From positions 11,903-75,902 of the forward strand of contig WSZJ01000037.1 of assembly GCA_009773755.1 (NCBI GenBank): a stretch of DNA of 64,000 bases, read 5' to 3'. The position numbers and the translations under genes were made by a program. Below, piece by piece: positions 47,315 to 56,736 of this stretch. The first letter of the stretch is position 1, and each line of letters begins with the position of its first letter. Origin of the DNA: Planctomycetota bacterium (lineage in GTDB: Bacteria; Planctomycetota; MHYJ01; WSZJ01). The notes below the pieces were generated by a model that ran no database searches, was not told the origin of the DNA, and was given only the letters and a program-made list of their open reading frames with translations.

Positions 47315-47794
47315 ATGACATCCAATCCCCTCGAAATTCTGCGCGCGGAAGCCGGTGACCTCGAGCCGCTTCTCAGCCTCACGCACCGCGCCTACGCGGC
47401 CAACAAGGCTCTCGGGTTCAATTTCTATGGCACGCGCGAGACGATGGACGACATGCGCGAAGTGTTCCGCGCGAAGGCGTTGTGGAAGCTGGTCGAGAAC
47501 GGGCGGCTGATCGGGACGATCCGGCTGCAGGAATACCCGGACCAGCCGGGAGTGCTTTACGTGAATCGAATGTGCGTGGAGCCGGAGGAGCAGAAGCGCG
47601 GCCTGGGGAAGCGGCTCATGGCCTTCGCGGAAGTTGAGGCCGTTCGGCGCGGGTTGCATGCGGTGCGGTTGGACACGGCGAAGCCCTTCCAGCGACTGGT
47701 CGGGTGGTACCTGAAGCTGGGCTACGTCGTGATTTCGGAGACGCAGTGGGATGTGACCAATTACCGGTCGGTCATTATGGAGAAGCGGCTGTAG
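47315..47794 (+). CDS. GNAT family N-acetyltransferase
   Basis: VEPEEQKRGLGKRLM acetyl-CoA motif; WYLKLGY. Confidence 0.88.
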   Translation: MTSNPLEILRAEAGDLEPLLSLTHRAYAANKALGFNFYGTRETMDDMREVFRAKALWKLVENGRLIGTIRLQEYPDQPGVLYVNRMCVEPEEQKRGLGKRLMAFAEVEAVRRGLHAVRLDTAKPFQRLVGWYLKLGYVVISETQWDVTNYRSVIMEKRL

Positions 47795-48011
47795 CCGGCG
47801 GATTCCCGAATTCGGCGAGTCATTCGTAGGTTTTTCATACGCAACGATTTCGCTGCAAAGTCCGGCGGTAAAACAGGTTGAGCGAATATCGCTGTCCGAA
47901 CAACATTCCTCCGCAACCGGGGTTTTATTCCTGCCATTGACGCGCCTGCCCTTCGCAGGCTCAAATCCGCGCCCAACCATCAAGACCCGCAGGGGAGAAA
48001 AGGGAGAGAAC

Positions 48012-49403
48012 ATGAAGAACTTTGCCTTCGGCCTTGCCGCCGTCGCCCTCCTCGCCGCCGCCGCTTCCACAGCGCGCGCCGACGACTGGGACAAGCTTGG
48101 GACGCGCATCGTCGCGTTCGGAGCGGAGAAAGACACGATCGACTGCACGGGAGACGGGAGATTCTCGGCGATCAAGATCGACGTGGATGAGGGAAATCTG
48201 GAGATGTACGACCTGAAGATCACGTTCGGAAACGGCGATCCGTTTTCGCCCGGAACGCGCTACGAGTTCAACGAAGGAACGCGCAGCCGCACGATCTACC
48301 TGCCGGGCGACGCGCGCAACATCAAGAAGATCGAGTTCTGGTACCGGTCGAAGTTCAAGAAGGGGCGCGCGACCGTGACGGTGTTCGGGAAGCGCGCGGG
48401 CGGCGGAGGCGGCGGGACGGAAGAGCCTCGCCCGCCGGTGAAGGATCCGCCGGCCGACAACGACAAGGGCTGGGAACTGCTCGGCTTGCGCATCGTCGAC
48501 TTCGGAGCCGACAAGGACACGATCGATGTGACGGCCAGCGAGGGGAAATTCAAGCAGATCAAGATCGACGTCGAGCAGGGCAGCGTCGACATGTGGAACA
48601 TCAAGGTCACCTTCGGGAACGACGAGCATTTCTCACCCGAGACGCGCATCGAATTCCGGCAGGGGTCGATGAGCCGGACGATCGATCTCCCGGGCGAAGC
48701 GCGCGTGATCCGCAAGATCGAGTTCTGGTACAAGTCTGAAATCAAGAACGGCAAGGCGCGCGTCCGCCTCTACGGCAAGCAGGCCGGCGGCGGCGGCGAC
48801 GCGAACGAGGCAAAGGAAAAGTGGGAGGACATGTGGAACATCCGCGTGACCTTCGGAGACGGGACCAACCACTCGCCGGACACGCGCCTCGAATTCCGCC
48901 AGGGATCGATGAGCCGCACGATCGATCTCCCCGGCGAAGCTCGTGTCATCCGCAAGATCGAGTTCTTGTACAAATCCGAATTCAAGAAGGGCAAGGCGAC
49001 GCTGCACGTCTTCGGCCGCCACGCGGCAGGCGGCGGCGGCGAGGTAAAGCCCCCGGTCAAGGAGCCGAAGGACCGCTTCCCCGGCTGGGAGCACCTCGGG
49101 TCGCGCGTCGTTAATTTCGGCGGCGACCACGACACGCTCGATTGTCGCGGCGAGGGAAAATTCAGCTCTTTCCAGATCGAGGTGGAAAACGGCGATCTCG
49201 AGATTTTCGACGTCGTTGTCACCTTCGGCAACGGAGAAACCCAGTCGCCGAAAACCCGGCTTTACTTCGACGACAACAACCGCACGCGCCTCATCGACCT
49301 GCCCGGCAAGGACCGCTTCGTCAAGAAAATCGAGTTCTACTACAAGTCGGTGAAGGCGACCAAAGACGGCAGGGCGACGATCAACGTCTACGGAAAGCGC
49401 TAG
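48012..49403 (+). CDS. Secreted protein with about four DUF2541/YaaI-like beta repeats
   Basis: Signal peptide; repeats WxxLGxRxVxF...V(T)FGN...RTIDLPGxxRxIxKIEFxY; third repeat lacks its first half. Confidence 0.75.
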   Translation: MKNFAFGLAAVALLAAAASTARADDWDKLGTRIVAFGAEKDTIDCTGDGRFSAIKIDVDEGNLEMYDLKITFGNGDPFSPGTRYEFNEGTRSRTIYLPGDARNIKKIEFWYRSKFKKGRATVTVFGKRAGGGGGGTEEPRPPVKDPPADNDKGWELLGLRIVDFGADKDTIDVTASEGKFKQIKIDVEQGSVDMWNIKVTFGNDEHFSPETRIEFRQGSMSRTIDLPGEARVIRKIEFWYKSEIKNGKARVRLYGKQAGGGGDANEAKEKWEDMWNIRVTFGDGTNHSPDTRLEFRQGSMSRTIDLPGEARVIRKIEFLYKSEFKKGKATLHVFGRHAAGGGGEVKPPVKEPKDRFPGWEHLGSRVVNFGGDHDTLDCRGEGKFSSFQIEVENGDLEIFDVVVTFGNGETQSPKTRLYFDDNNRTRLIDLPGKDRFVKKIEFYYKSVKATKDGRATINVYGKR

Positions 49404-49428
49404 CCGACCGACCGAAGACGCATCAACC

Positions 49429-49462
49429 GCGGGCCGGGGCGAAAGCTCCGGCCCGCTTTCTT
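49429..49462 (+). terminator. Rho-independent terminator
   Basis: GCGGGCCGGGGC-GAAA-GCTCCGGCCCGC followed by TTTCTT. Confidence 0.7.
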
Positions 49463-49476
49463 GAAACGGAGCCTGC

Positions 49477-50277
49477 GTGCACCCTCGAGTGTCCGAGGTC
49501 CTCGCCGGATTTGCGGCGCCGCTCGGCCTGATCGCGGAAGCGTCCGCCGGTGACCTCGCGCGGCTGGAGGCTCTGGTCGGTCCGATCCCGGAACCCTGGG
49601 CGGAGTTCCTTCGCGGCGCAGGCGCTTCAACCGGCAACCTGCGTCTTCGAGGTCAGCACACGGATCTCGGTCTTTCGCTCGCCGAAGACGTGTTGCCGGT
49701 GCTGGAGAAAAAGCGAAAGAAGGAAGCGGCGAAGGGGCTGAAGCTGGCGCCGGTCGCAGCCTCCCGATTCATGATTGCGATGCCGCGCGGCACCTGCCAG
49801 GACTGCGGACCGGTCTGGCTTGAACTGGAAGGCGGGTTGCTTCCGGCCGCGATCCGCAAGGGGCTGGAAGAAGCGGGATCGCACGAAGCCGCCGTGGTGC
49901 AGGTCGACGAAGGCGGGCCGCGCGGAAAACGGTCTCCGGCGCCTGCCTTCGTGCTCGGCGAATCGCTCGCGGCATGGCTCTTCGATGCCGCGTTTCGCCA
50001 GTTCCGGCTCGCCGCCGCCGGGCCTCCGCAACGCCGTTCCGTCCGCCCCGAACACGCCGCGGCGCCGCGTTCGCTTCTCGAATCCCTCGGCCGTGCCGCC
50101 ATCGCCGAGGGTTTCCGTAGGCACGAACTGTCCCGCTTTGTCCTGACGTCTCACTTCACGCGCAACGACGCCGCCGCAGTCTTCGCGTGGAACGGCAACG
50201 CCGTCGAAGTCGTTTTCGCCGCCCGCACCCCTGCTCTTGCATCGCGTCTGGGCGTCGCGCTGGCGCGTCCCCACTGA
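49477..50277 (+). CDS. Hypothetical protein, possible SMI1/KNR4 (SUKH)-like N-terminus
   Basis: DLARLEALVGPIPEPWAEFL resembles the SUKH signature. Confidence 0.45.
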   Translation: MHPRVSEVLAGFAAPLGLIAEASAGDLARLEALVGPIPEPWAEFLRGAGASTGNLRLRGQHTDLGLSLAEDVLPVLEKKRKKEAAKGLKLAPVAASRFMIAMPRGTCQDCGPVWLELEGGLLPAAIRKGLEEAGSHEAAVVQVDEGGPRGKRSPAPAFVLGESLAAWLFDAAFRQFRLAAAGPPQRRSVRPEHAAAPRSLLESLGRAAIAEGFRRHELSRFVLTSHFTRNDAAAVFAWNGNAVEVVFAARTPALASRLGVALARPH

Positions 50278-50296
50278 CCACGCCCGACATGATTCC

Positions 50297-50341
50297 CGAT
50301 ACCCCCAGCAGGATTTGAACCTGCGACCATCGGTTTAGAAA
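50297..50341. repeat. att site: duplicated 3' half of tRNA-Arg
   Basis: CGATACCCCCAGCAGGATTTGAACCTGCGACCATCGGTTTAGAAA identical to 57964-58008. Confidence 0.95.
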
Positions 50342-50497
50342 TGGATTTCCCCTCGGGGCGAAAGGCCCCCGTCCCGAGGGAAGGGCGCAAGTCGGCGCAA
50401 GTCGTCCGAGCCACTTGCAGGCACGCGAAGGCCCCCGTAGAGGCCCCCGAAGTCTCGCCTGTGGAATCGCACCGCTCGACGTAGAATTCTCAACGGC

Positions 50498-51625
50498 GTG
50501 GCTGATCCCCGCGCCAGTCCCGGACGTGCGGCGAGCCCGTCTCCACCGGGCCGCCGCCGTCCGCTTTCGGGAGTGGAGCCCGTGAAGAAAAAGAAACTGT
50601 CCGCGAGCGAGCGGCGATTCCGTCTCGGCGTGATGCTCCCGCAGGCCCGACGCGAGAAATACACAAGTTATTCCCTCATGGCAGATGTCTACAATCTGCA
50701 CCGTCGCGCCCGAGAGAAGAGGCCGCTGACGCGACCTGCGGAGGGGCTCGCCGCGCATCCTCTCGCCCGTGAGGCCGCGTTTTGTCTCGACGCGATGAAG
50801 GGCTTGCCGCACGCCGACCCCGAACGCATCGGCCTACATCAGAAAAGCATGCTCCCTTGGGCTTCGTCTTGTGATCTGCTCGGCCATTGGGCAAAACAGG
50901 GCTTCGGGTTGACCGGGAACCACGGGAACAGACACTTCCTACTCCGCGACTTGCTACAGCTTGTCTCGCGATCCATCGCCCCGTTGCGCGTGCGCACCCT
51001 TGCCGCCGCCGCCGGGCTCGCCGTCGTGAGCGAGTGGCCGGACCGGCTGACGATGACCTCATTCCCGGACTTCGTGGAAAGCGTGAAGGCGCTTGGCCAC
51101 GCTGACCTGGCCCGTATCGCCGAGGGACTCTATGACGGCAGTTTCGATCCGGCTTCGGGACCGGATCGGGAATCGGCGCTCGCGGCGATTCGAGCGGTTC
51201 GCGTTCCTGATCGCGGTTTCTCTCAACCTTCGCGTGGTATCTCGGAAGGCCCTGACTTGCATTCTGGGAAGGCCATAATCAAGGCTCTCGGACTTTCGGG
51301 AAAGGTGACGTGGAAAGAGTTTCGCATCCGACACGAGAACGACTCCGCGTGTCCCGTTTCATGGGCGAAAGGACCCGGGAAGAAGCCGCTCGCCAATGCC
51401 GAAGCGGTAAGAAGGTGGCATGTGGGATTGCTCAGGGCGGCGGGAGTCTCCTCTGATCCATGGGCCGCGTCGCCGGAAGACGACCGCGCCTTGAACAACC
51501 CCATACCTTGGGGGAAAGGGGAAGTGATACCGGACGGCAAGCGACTCGATTCGCTTTCAATTCGTTCTCATCCGGTGAAGAACGTAACCAAGCAGGCACG
51601 ACCGGCGAACTTGGACGAAAAATGA
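50498..51625 (+). CDS. Hypothetical protein (element); start uncertain
   Basis: Long ORF at element end; no recognisable motif. Confidence 0.5.
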   Translation: MADPRASPGRAASPSPPGRRRPLSGVEPVKKKKLSASERRFRLGVMLPQARREKYTSYSLMADVYNLHRRAREKRPLTRPAEGLAAHPLAREAAFCLDAMKGLPHADPERIGLHQKSMLPWASSCDLLGHWAKQGFGLTGNHGNRHFLLRDLLQLVSRSIAPLRVRTLAAAAGLAVVSEWPDRLTMTSFPDFVESVKALGHADLARIAEGLYDGSFDPASGPDRESALAAIRAVRVPDRGFSQPSRGISEGPDLHSGKAIIKALGLSGKVTWKEFRIRHENDSACPVSWAKGPGKKPLANAEAVRRWHVGLLRAAGVSSDPWAASPEDDRALNNPIPWGKGEVIPDGKRLDSLSIRSHPVKNVTKQARPANLDEK

Positions 51626-51711
51626 CGACTTAGACGAACTTGGCCCGGCGACGCGGAACTCCATGGATTTAGGGGGAGCGCCCGCAACCACCGCTCCTCA
51701 CTGGAGGCGCG

Positions 51712-51924
51712 ATGGATGTCACAAGGCCGGGACTTACCCTTCCCCAAGTCTGCCGATGCGTCGGCATCACGCGGGCTCGGGCCGAAAGACTTCTCTTCGT
51801 CTACCGGGACCGGCTTCCGGTCCCCGTGCGCGTTGGCATCACGCGCCTATGGCCGCCTGAAGTCGCCGATCAAGTCCGCATGATCGTGGCGGAAGAAGAC
51901 CGGCTTCGGGAGGCGGCCCGATGA
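51712..51924 (+). CDS. Small putative HTH DNA-binding protein
   Basis: GGAGG RBS; LTLPQVCRCVGI...RVGITRLW resembles AlpA/Xis. Confidence 0.6.
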   Translation: MDVTRPGLTLPQVCRCVGITRARAERLLFVYRDRLPVPVRVGITRLWPPEVADQVRMIVAEEDRLREAAR

Positions 51925-52178
51925 ATTACCTCACTCCCGCCGAAGTTGCCGACCGGCTCCGGCTCCACGTCGTTTCCGTCCGCGCGATGCTGGCCGCCGG
52001 AAGGCTCGGGGCCGCCGTCAAGATTGGGCGAGTGTGGAGGCTCCCGGAAGACGAGTTGCAACGTGCGGTAGAACGGATGCGCGTCACGCCTCCCTGCTCG
52101 GGGCACGCGCGAACCGCGTTCCCGCGTCCTGATCCGAAATACGTCGCGATGGTGACACCTCGGGGAGGCCGCCAATGA
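51921..52178 (+). CDS. Excisionase-family HTH protein
   Basis: YLTPAEVADRLRLHVVSVRAMLAAGRL...KIGRVWRL. Confidence 0.85.
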   Translation: MNYLTPAEVADRLRLHVVSVRAMLAAGRLGAAVKIGRVWRLPEDELQRAVERMRVTPPCSGHARTAFPRPDPKYVAMVTPRGGRQ

Positions 52179-52390
52179 TTCGCGAGCGAAACGGATACCG
52201 CGACGGCGACGGGAAAGCATGGCTGACGATTCAACAGGCCGCGTACCTGGCCTGCCTCAACGTTGACGACTTCGTGCGCGAAGTCTTGACCCGCTCTCAC
52301 CGTTTCCCCCGCCGCGACGTGCGGCTAGGTGAGTGGCGAACCGAATTCCGCCGCTCGACAATCGAGCGTTGGTTTGGAGTGAGAAGCTAA
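52175..52390 (+). CDS. Small HTH protein
   Basis: WLTIQQAAYL...FRRSTIERW; overlaps neighbours. Confidence 0.6.
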   Translation: MIRERNGYRDGDGKAWLTIQQAAYLACLNVDDFVREVLTRSHRFPRRDVRLGEWRTEFRRSTIERWFGVRS

Positions 52391-54495
52391 TGACCCGCGA
52401 CTTTCGGGCGGAGGCCGAAGCCTTCGCCAATTACCTGCTCGCCGACGATTCAAAGGGCTCCCGCCGCCGCGTAGGGGACAAAGTGATAGGGCGTTGTCCG
52501 CTCCCGGATCACGAAGACAAGTCGCCGTCGTTCGGCTTCGACGTGGCGAAGGACGCATCCGCCTGTTCCTGCTCCGAAGCAACCGGCAAGGGCTCGGCTC
52601 TTCGGGCGCTGCTCGGCTGGAAGCCGGACGGCGGGAACGGCTCCTCCGCTCCGGGCGTGGCCGCGCCAGTCAAGTCCCCCGGCTCCTGTTACGGTTCGCT
52701 CGATGCCGCCGCTCTCGCGCTGTCGAAGCGAATCGAAGGCCCGGAGGCCGGGCGCTGGATCTACCAGCGCGCCGACGCCTCCGAACTCTTCGCCGTTCTG
52801 CGCTTCAACGTGACGAAGACCGGCGACGATGGAAGCCCCTTCAGCACGAAGGAATACCGGCCCGTACGCCGTGACGTAGACGGCTGGCGCGTGGGCGATC
52901 CGCCCGCACCGCTCCCGCTCTACCGGCTCCCGCTTCTCGGCAAGTCCCGGCTTGTCGCCTACGTCGAAGGGGAGAAATGCGCCGATGCGCTCGCGGCGCT
53001 CGGCTTCACCGTGACGACAAACGCGCATGGGGCGAAGGCCGCCGACAAGTCCGACTTCGCGCCGCTCGCAGGCCGTGACGTGCGAATCCTGCCGGACAAC
53101 GACAAGCCGGGGGAGGCGCTCGCGCTCGACGTGGCGGCCCGGCTGTCGAAGCTCACGCCGCCTGCTCGCGCCCGGATCGTGAGGCTACCGGGAATCGCGG
53201 GACTCGGCGAAGGTGCGGACGTAGTGGATTGGATTTCGTGGCGGAGGGGGACGGGCTCTTCCGATGAAGGAATCATCGGCGAACTGTCGGCGCTCTTCGC
53301 ATCCGGGGGCGAGCCCGCGAAAACTCCGCCGCGAACCGAATCGGAGCCCGTCCTGATCCGGGCGGACTCCATCGAAGCGAAGCCGCTCGCTTGGACGTGG
53401 AAGGGCTGGATTCCATCGGGGAAACTCGTTTGCTGGATCGGCGACCCGTCCCTCGGGAAGTCGCTTATGACGCTCGACATCGCGGCCCGCGTAACCACCG
53501 GGGCCAAGTGGCCGGATGGATCGGGACCGGCTGAAATCGGCTCCGTCGTTGTGATGTCTGCCGAAGACGACGCCGCCGACACTTTGAAGCCCCGTCTCAT
53601 GGCGGCGGGCGCGGACCTTTCGCGCGTCCACTTCCTGACGATGGTTCGGAAGCCGGACGGAAGGCAATCCTCTTTCACGCTGGCCGACCTCGGGCCGCTC
53701 GAAAAGGCGATCAAGTCACTGGGGGACGTTCGGCTAATCATCATCGACCCCGTGACCTGTTTCCTCGGCGGGAAGGATTCCTACGTCAACGCGCAGGTTC
53801 GGGAACTGCTCGCTCCCCTCGCCGAACTCGCCGCGCGCTTCGGCGTGGCCGTCGTCTTCGTGACGCATCGACCGAAAGGCGGGACAACCAAGGCCGTCTA
53901 CTCCGCTTCCGGCTCACTCGCTTTCACCGCCGCCGCTCGCGCCGCCGCCCTCATTGCGGAAGACAGCGACGACCGGGACCGGCGCTTCCTGCTCCCGGTG
54001 AAGTCCAACCTGGCCTTGATGCCGCAATCCCTCGCGTACCGCGTCGGCGTCAAGGTACTCGACAAGCTGGGGGAGATTCCCTTCATCGCGTGGGAGCCTG
54101 ATCCGGTGGACGTGACGGCGGAGGACATCATTTCGGCGGAGGCGAAGTCGGCGAAGGGCGAGACTCGCGAGGTAAAGCGTGAGAAGGCGGACGACTTCCT
54201 ACGGGACATCCTCGCCCCCGGGCGCGTCCACTCTGTCGAAGTCATGGCCAAAGGGGAAGCGGCGGGATTCCGGGACGGCGCGATTCGCTCCGCTCTCCGT
54301 CGCATCGGCGGGATCGTCCGCAGGAACGGATTCGGCGGGCAGGTTTTTTGGGAACTCGGCACGCCGGACCCCGCGCCTCCCGACCCCCATACTTCCCATA
54401 CTTCGCGTACTTCTGACAGTAGGGAAAGTGGAAAGAATGGAAAGTATGGAGGGAATGAGGCGGCGGGAGACCGTGAGGAAGGGGGCGTCCTTTGA
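52390..54495 (+). CDS. Primase-helicase fusion (CHC2-like Zn finger, TOPRIM, AAA_25/RepA helicase)
   Basis: CPLPDHEDKSPS, VEGEKCAD, PDNDKPG, GDPSLGKS, LIIIDP, VTH. Confidence 0.9.
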   Translation: MTRDFRAEAEAFANYLLADDSKGSRRRVGDKVIGRCPLPDHEDKSPSFGFDVAKDASACSCSEATGKGSALRALLGWKPDGGNGSSAPGVAAPVKSPGSCYGSLDAAALALSKRIEGPEAGRWIYQRADASELFAVLRFNVTKTGDDGSPFSTKEYRPVRRDVDGWRVGDPPAPLPLYRLPLLGKSRLVAYVEGEKCADALAALGFTVTTNAHGAKAADKSDFAPLAGRDVRILPDNDKPGEALALDVAARLSKLTPPARARIVRLPGIAGLGEGADVVDWISWRRGTGSSDEGIIGELSALFASGGEPAKTPPRTESEPVLIRADSIEAKPLAWTWKGWIPSGKLVCWIGDPSLGKSLMTLDIAARVTTGAKWPDGSGPAEIGSVVVMSAEDDAADTLKPRLMAAGADLSRVHFLTMVRKPDGRQSSFTLADLGPLEKAIKSLGDVRLIIIDPVTCFLGGKDSYVNAQVRELLAPLAELAARFGVAVVFVTHRPKGGTTKAVYSASGSLAFTAAARAAALIAEDSDDRDRRFLLPVKSNLALMPQSLAYRVGVKVLDKLGEIPFIAWEPDPVDVTAEDIISAEAKSAKGETREVKREKADDFLRDILAPGRVHSVEVMAKGEAAGFRDGAIRSALRRIGGIVRRNGFGGQVFWELGTPDPAPPDPHTSHTSRTSDSRESGKNGKYGGNEAAGDREEGGVL

Positions 54496-54746
54496 GCGTT
54501 CCCGACATCATGGCCGACTTGTACTCCGCTGGGGTCCGCCTCTCCGTAGTCGCGTCCGGGCTCGCGTGGACCGCTCCGCCGGGCATCGTCACTCCCGAGG
54601 TGCTGGCGCTGCTCCGTCGCCACAAGGCGGGAATCGTGGACTTCATCCGGTGGACTCGGCAGACCGGCGAGCGGACAAATTCGCACGAAGCGGACGCGCC
54701 CCTCCCGACCTCGACCGTCCACTCCCCCACTCGAAAGGACGCATAG
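54492..54746 (+). CDS. Small protein, TubC N-terminal-domain-like
   Basis: GVRLSV...LAWTAPPGIVTPEVLALLRRHKAGIV pattern; overlaps primase stop. Confidence 0.6.
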   Translation: MSVPDIMADLYSAGVRLSVVASGLAWTAPPGIVTPEVLALLRRHKAGIVDFIRWTRQTGERTNSHEADAPLPTSTVHSPTRKDA

Positions 54747-54749
54747 CGA

Positions 54750-55004
54750 ATGATTCCGCGTGTTGAAACGCTCGGGGACGGCAGGAACTTCGCCACGATC
54801 CGGGAGACGGCGCAAGCCCTCGGCTGTTGCTCGCGGACGATTGAACGGGCGATCTACAGGGGCGAGATCAAGGCCGTGCGCGTAGGGCGTGCCGTGCGCG
54901 TCGTCGTCCCGGCGCTTGACGCTTGGCTCCGGGGCCAGCTGGAAGCGCCTGCAAAGCCTTGGAAGCGAGAGAAACGGAAGGGGACATCGAATGGAACGAT
55001 CTAA
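54750..55004 (+). CDS. Excisionase-family HTH protein
   Basis: TIRETAQALGCCSRTIERAIYRGEIKAVRVGRAVRV. Confidence 0.85.
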   Translation: MIPRVETLGDGRNFATIRETAQALGCCSRTIERAIYRGEIKAVRVGRAVRVVVPALDAWLRGQLEAPAKPWKREKRKGTSNGTI

Positions 55005-55461
55005 CGATGAAGTCAACGAGTACAACCGCCGGGCGGGTGAGCGGTCCCGTGAGCAGACGCTTGAGACTCACCTGAAAGACGTGCTGACTCCGCCGGAAGT
55101 GGGGCAAGACTCCGAACCGTCCGATTCCGAATGGGCGCGGAGGTACGAAGTCAATCTCCCGGAGCCTGCTCCTGTCGTGCGGACGCTACCGGCATGGGAG
55201 GAACTCCGCCCGGCTCTGCCCAACCCGGACGCGATAGAAAAAGTCCTCGGCTACATGGCGGAGCGTGCGACCGCCGCCGACGTACCGGAAGAAACCAGAC
55301 TCGCCTACGCTTCCCGTGTCCTCGATTTCTCAGAAGCGATCCTCAAGGCGACAAGCGGGGGGCTAAGGGTGAAGCGGGGAGAGAAGGAACCGGCCCCGCC
55401 ACCGCGACCTTTCGCGGTCGATACAAGCGCCTTCCCGCTCAACAGGCTGACGGGAAAATGA
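54991..55461 (+). CDS. Hypothetical protein (element)
   Basis: AAGGGG RBS with ATG at 54991; overlaps preceding gene. Confidence 0.5.
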   Translation: MERSNDEVNEYNRRAGERSREQTLETHLKDVLTPPEVGQDSEPSDSEWARRYEVNLPEPAPVVRTLPAWEELRPALPNPDAIEKVLGYMAERATAADVPEETRLAYASRVLDFSEAILKATSGGLRVKRGEKEPAPPPRPFAVDTSAFPLNRLTGK

Positions 55462-55495
55462 ACTTGACTCGGCGACATGGCGGGACTCGAAGGTC

Positions 55496-55816
55496 TCACT
55501 TCTTGGTTGGAAACACCGTTTCGGAGATAGGCTCTCCCCAGTTGGAAACCGCTCCCTTCTCCCTGTACGCAGAAGTCGGCACATCCTGATACATCCACGT
55601 CTCCCCCGTTTCTGTGTTAATTCGAAAGAATCCGACCATCTTTGTCTCGCCTGTGCTCCCGTCCCTGAACTCGCCTTGACACAACGCGTAGGAGCCGACC
55701 TTTCCCGGACGCGGCTCTGCACTTGCTTCACGTCGCGGTAATAGTGACCCGGCAAGGCATCCGACTCCGAACACGACTGCCGCAACGACCACTTGGGAAC
55801 TGCTAGGGCTCTTCAT
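55496..55816 (-). CDS. Hypothetical exported protein (cargo)
   Basis: GGAG RBS; hydrophobic N-terminus with ASA cleavage-like site; FRINTETGETW. Confidence 0.55.
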   Translation of the reverse strand: MKSPSSSQVVVAAVVFGVGCLAGSLLPRREASAEPRPGKVGSYALCQGEFRDGSTGETKMVGFFRINTETGETWMYQDVPTSAYREKGAVSNWGEPISETVFPTKK

Positions 55817-55865
55817 GATTTGATCTCCCTTGAGTTGAGAAGCGAACACCAATCCGGACACGGGA

Positions 55866-56330
55866 CTACCGCGCAGCGAGAACGTCCTTCAGCCGCAGGC
55901 TCTTAAGTTCCTTCGCAACCATCCGGTAACTCTGCTCCGAGAGCCCCCGAAGCACGGCGTCCAACGCGGAACGCATGACTCGCGCGTGCATTTCGGCAAT
56001 GACCTGGTGTTTGCTTTGGTCTTGGGCGATTGCTCCCACGAGGAAGGTGAGTTCCTGCAACGGGTTTGAAGTCCGCTTCGACTTCATCTTTTCGAATTCT
56101 CCGATAACCCCGCTACTCGCCTTGTCAACTAACCGTGCCAGCACGTTCGAGTTCAACAGCTCGTTCATGATTCGAAGCTCGGTTTCAACAACGATGTTTC
56201 GACTCACAGTTCGCTCCTGAAGTCTTGATTGCGGAATCGGGTTGATTTGGACTCCCATCTCGGCACTCGACGCATCGTATGCTTCCGCACCCCCCTTTTC
56301 GAGGGGGCGAACGACCTGTTTCGACGGCAC
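55866..56330 (-). CDS. Hypothetical helical protein (cargo); start uncertain (ATG 56258 possible)
   Basis: ORF in a visibly AT-richer segment. Confidence 0.45.
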   Translation of the reverse strand: MPSKQVVRPLEKGGAEAYDASSAEMGVQINPIPQSRLQERTVSRNIVVETELRIMNELLNSNVLARLVDKASSGVIGEFEKMKSKRTSNPLQELTFLVGAIAQDQSKHQVIAEMHARVMRSALDAVLRGLSEQSYRMVAKELKSLRLKDVLAAR

Positions 56331-56513
56331 CCACTATCTGCCCTCCGCTTGCGCCACGTTCGCGCTTGCCGTGCGATCCCCTCGCCGCGCTTCCATCCCT
56401 GCCGTAGCGGGCGGCCCGGCCCTCCCCCGATTCGCCGCCGCGCCCTAGCCCGCCTCCCTGACCGCTTCACTTCCCCCCGGGAGGCTGATATCACGGGCTC
56501 CCCACATCGTCGC

Positions 56514-56541
56514 TTGACTTCGCTTCACAGTGCTGTACAAT
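56514..56541 (+). promoter_or_regulatory. Sigma-70 promoter for RHH-integrase operon
   Basis: TTGACT-N16-TACAAT. Confidence 0.65.
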
Positions 56542-56577
56542 GCTTTCATGACACTTCAACGGAAGGGAAAGAAGACC

Positions 56578-56736
56578 ATGAGGAAAACGCTCGGCGTGCG
56601 GCTCCCGGACGCGCTTCTCCGGGAACTTGAACAGGCGGCGGAGGCGGATCGGCGCAAGGTGAGTGATTTTGTCCGCGTGCTGATTGAAGACGCGCTCAAG
56701 GCGCGGAAGACAACGAAGGGGGCCCGCAATGCGTAG
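56578..56736 (+). CDS. Ribbon-helix-helix (CopG-like) regulator; alternative start at 56548
   Basis: KTLGVRLPDALLRELEQAAEADRRKVSDFVRVLIE. Confidence 0.8.
   Translation: MRKTLGVRLPDALLRELEQAAEADRRKVSDFVRVLIEDALKARKTTKGARNA

Noticed and set aside
50297-50341. Second tRNA gene
   Set aside because: Only the 3' half is present; it is the att duplication
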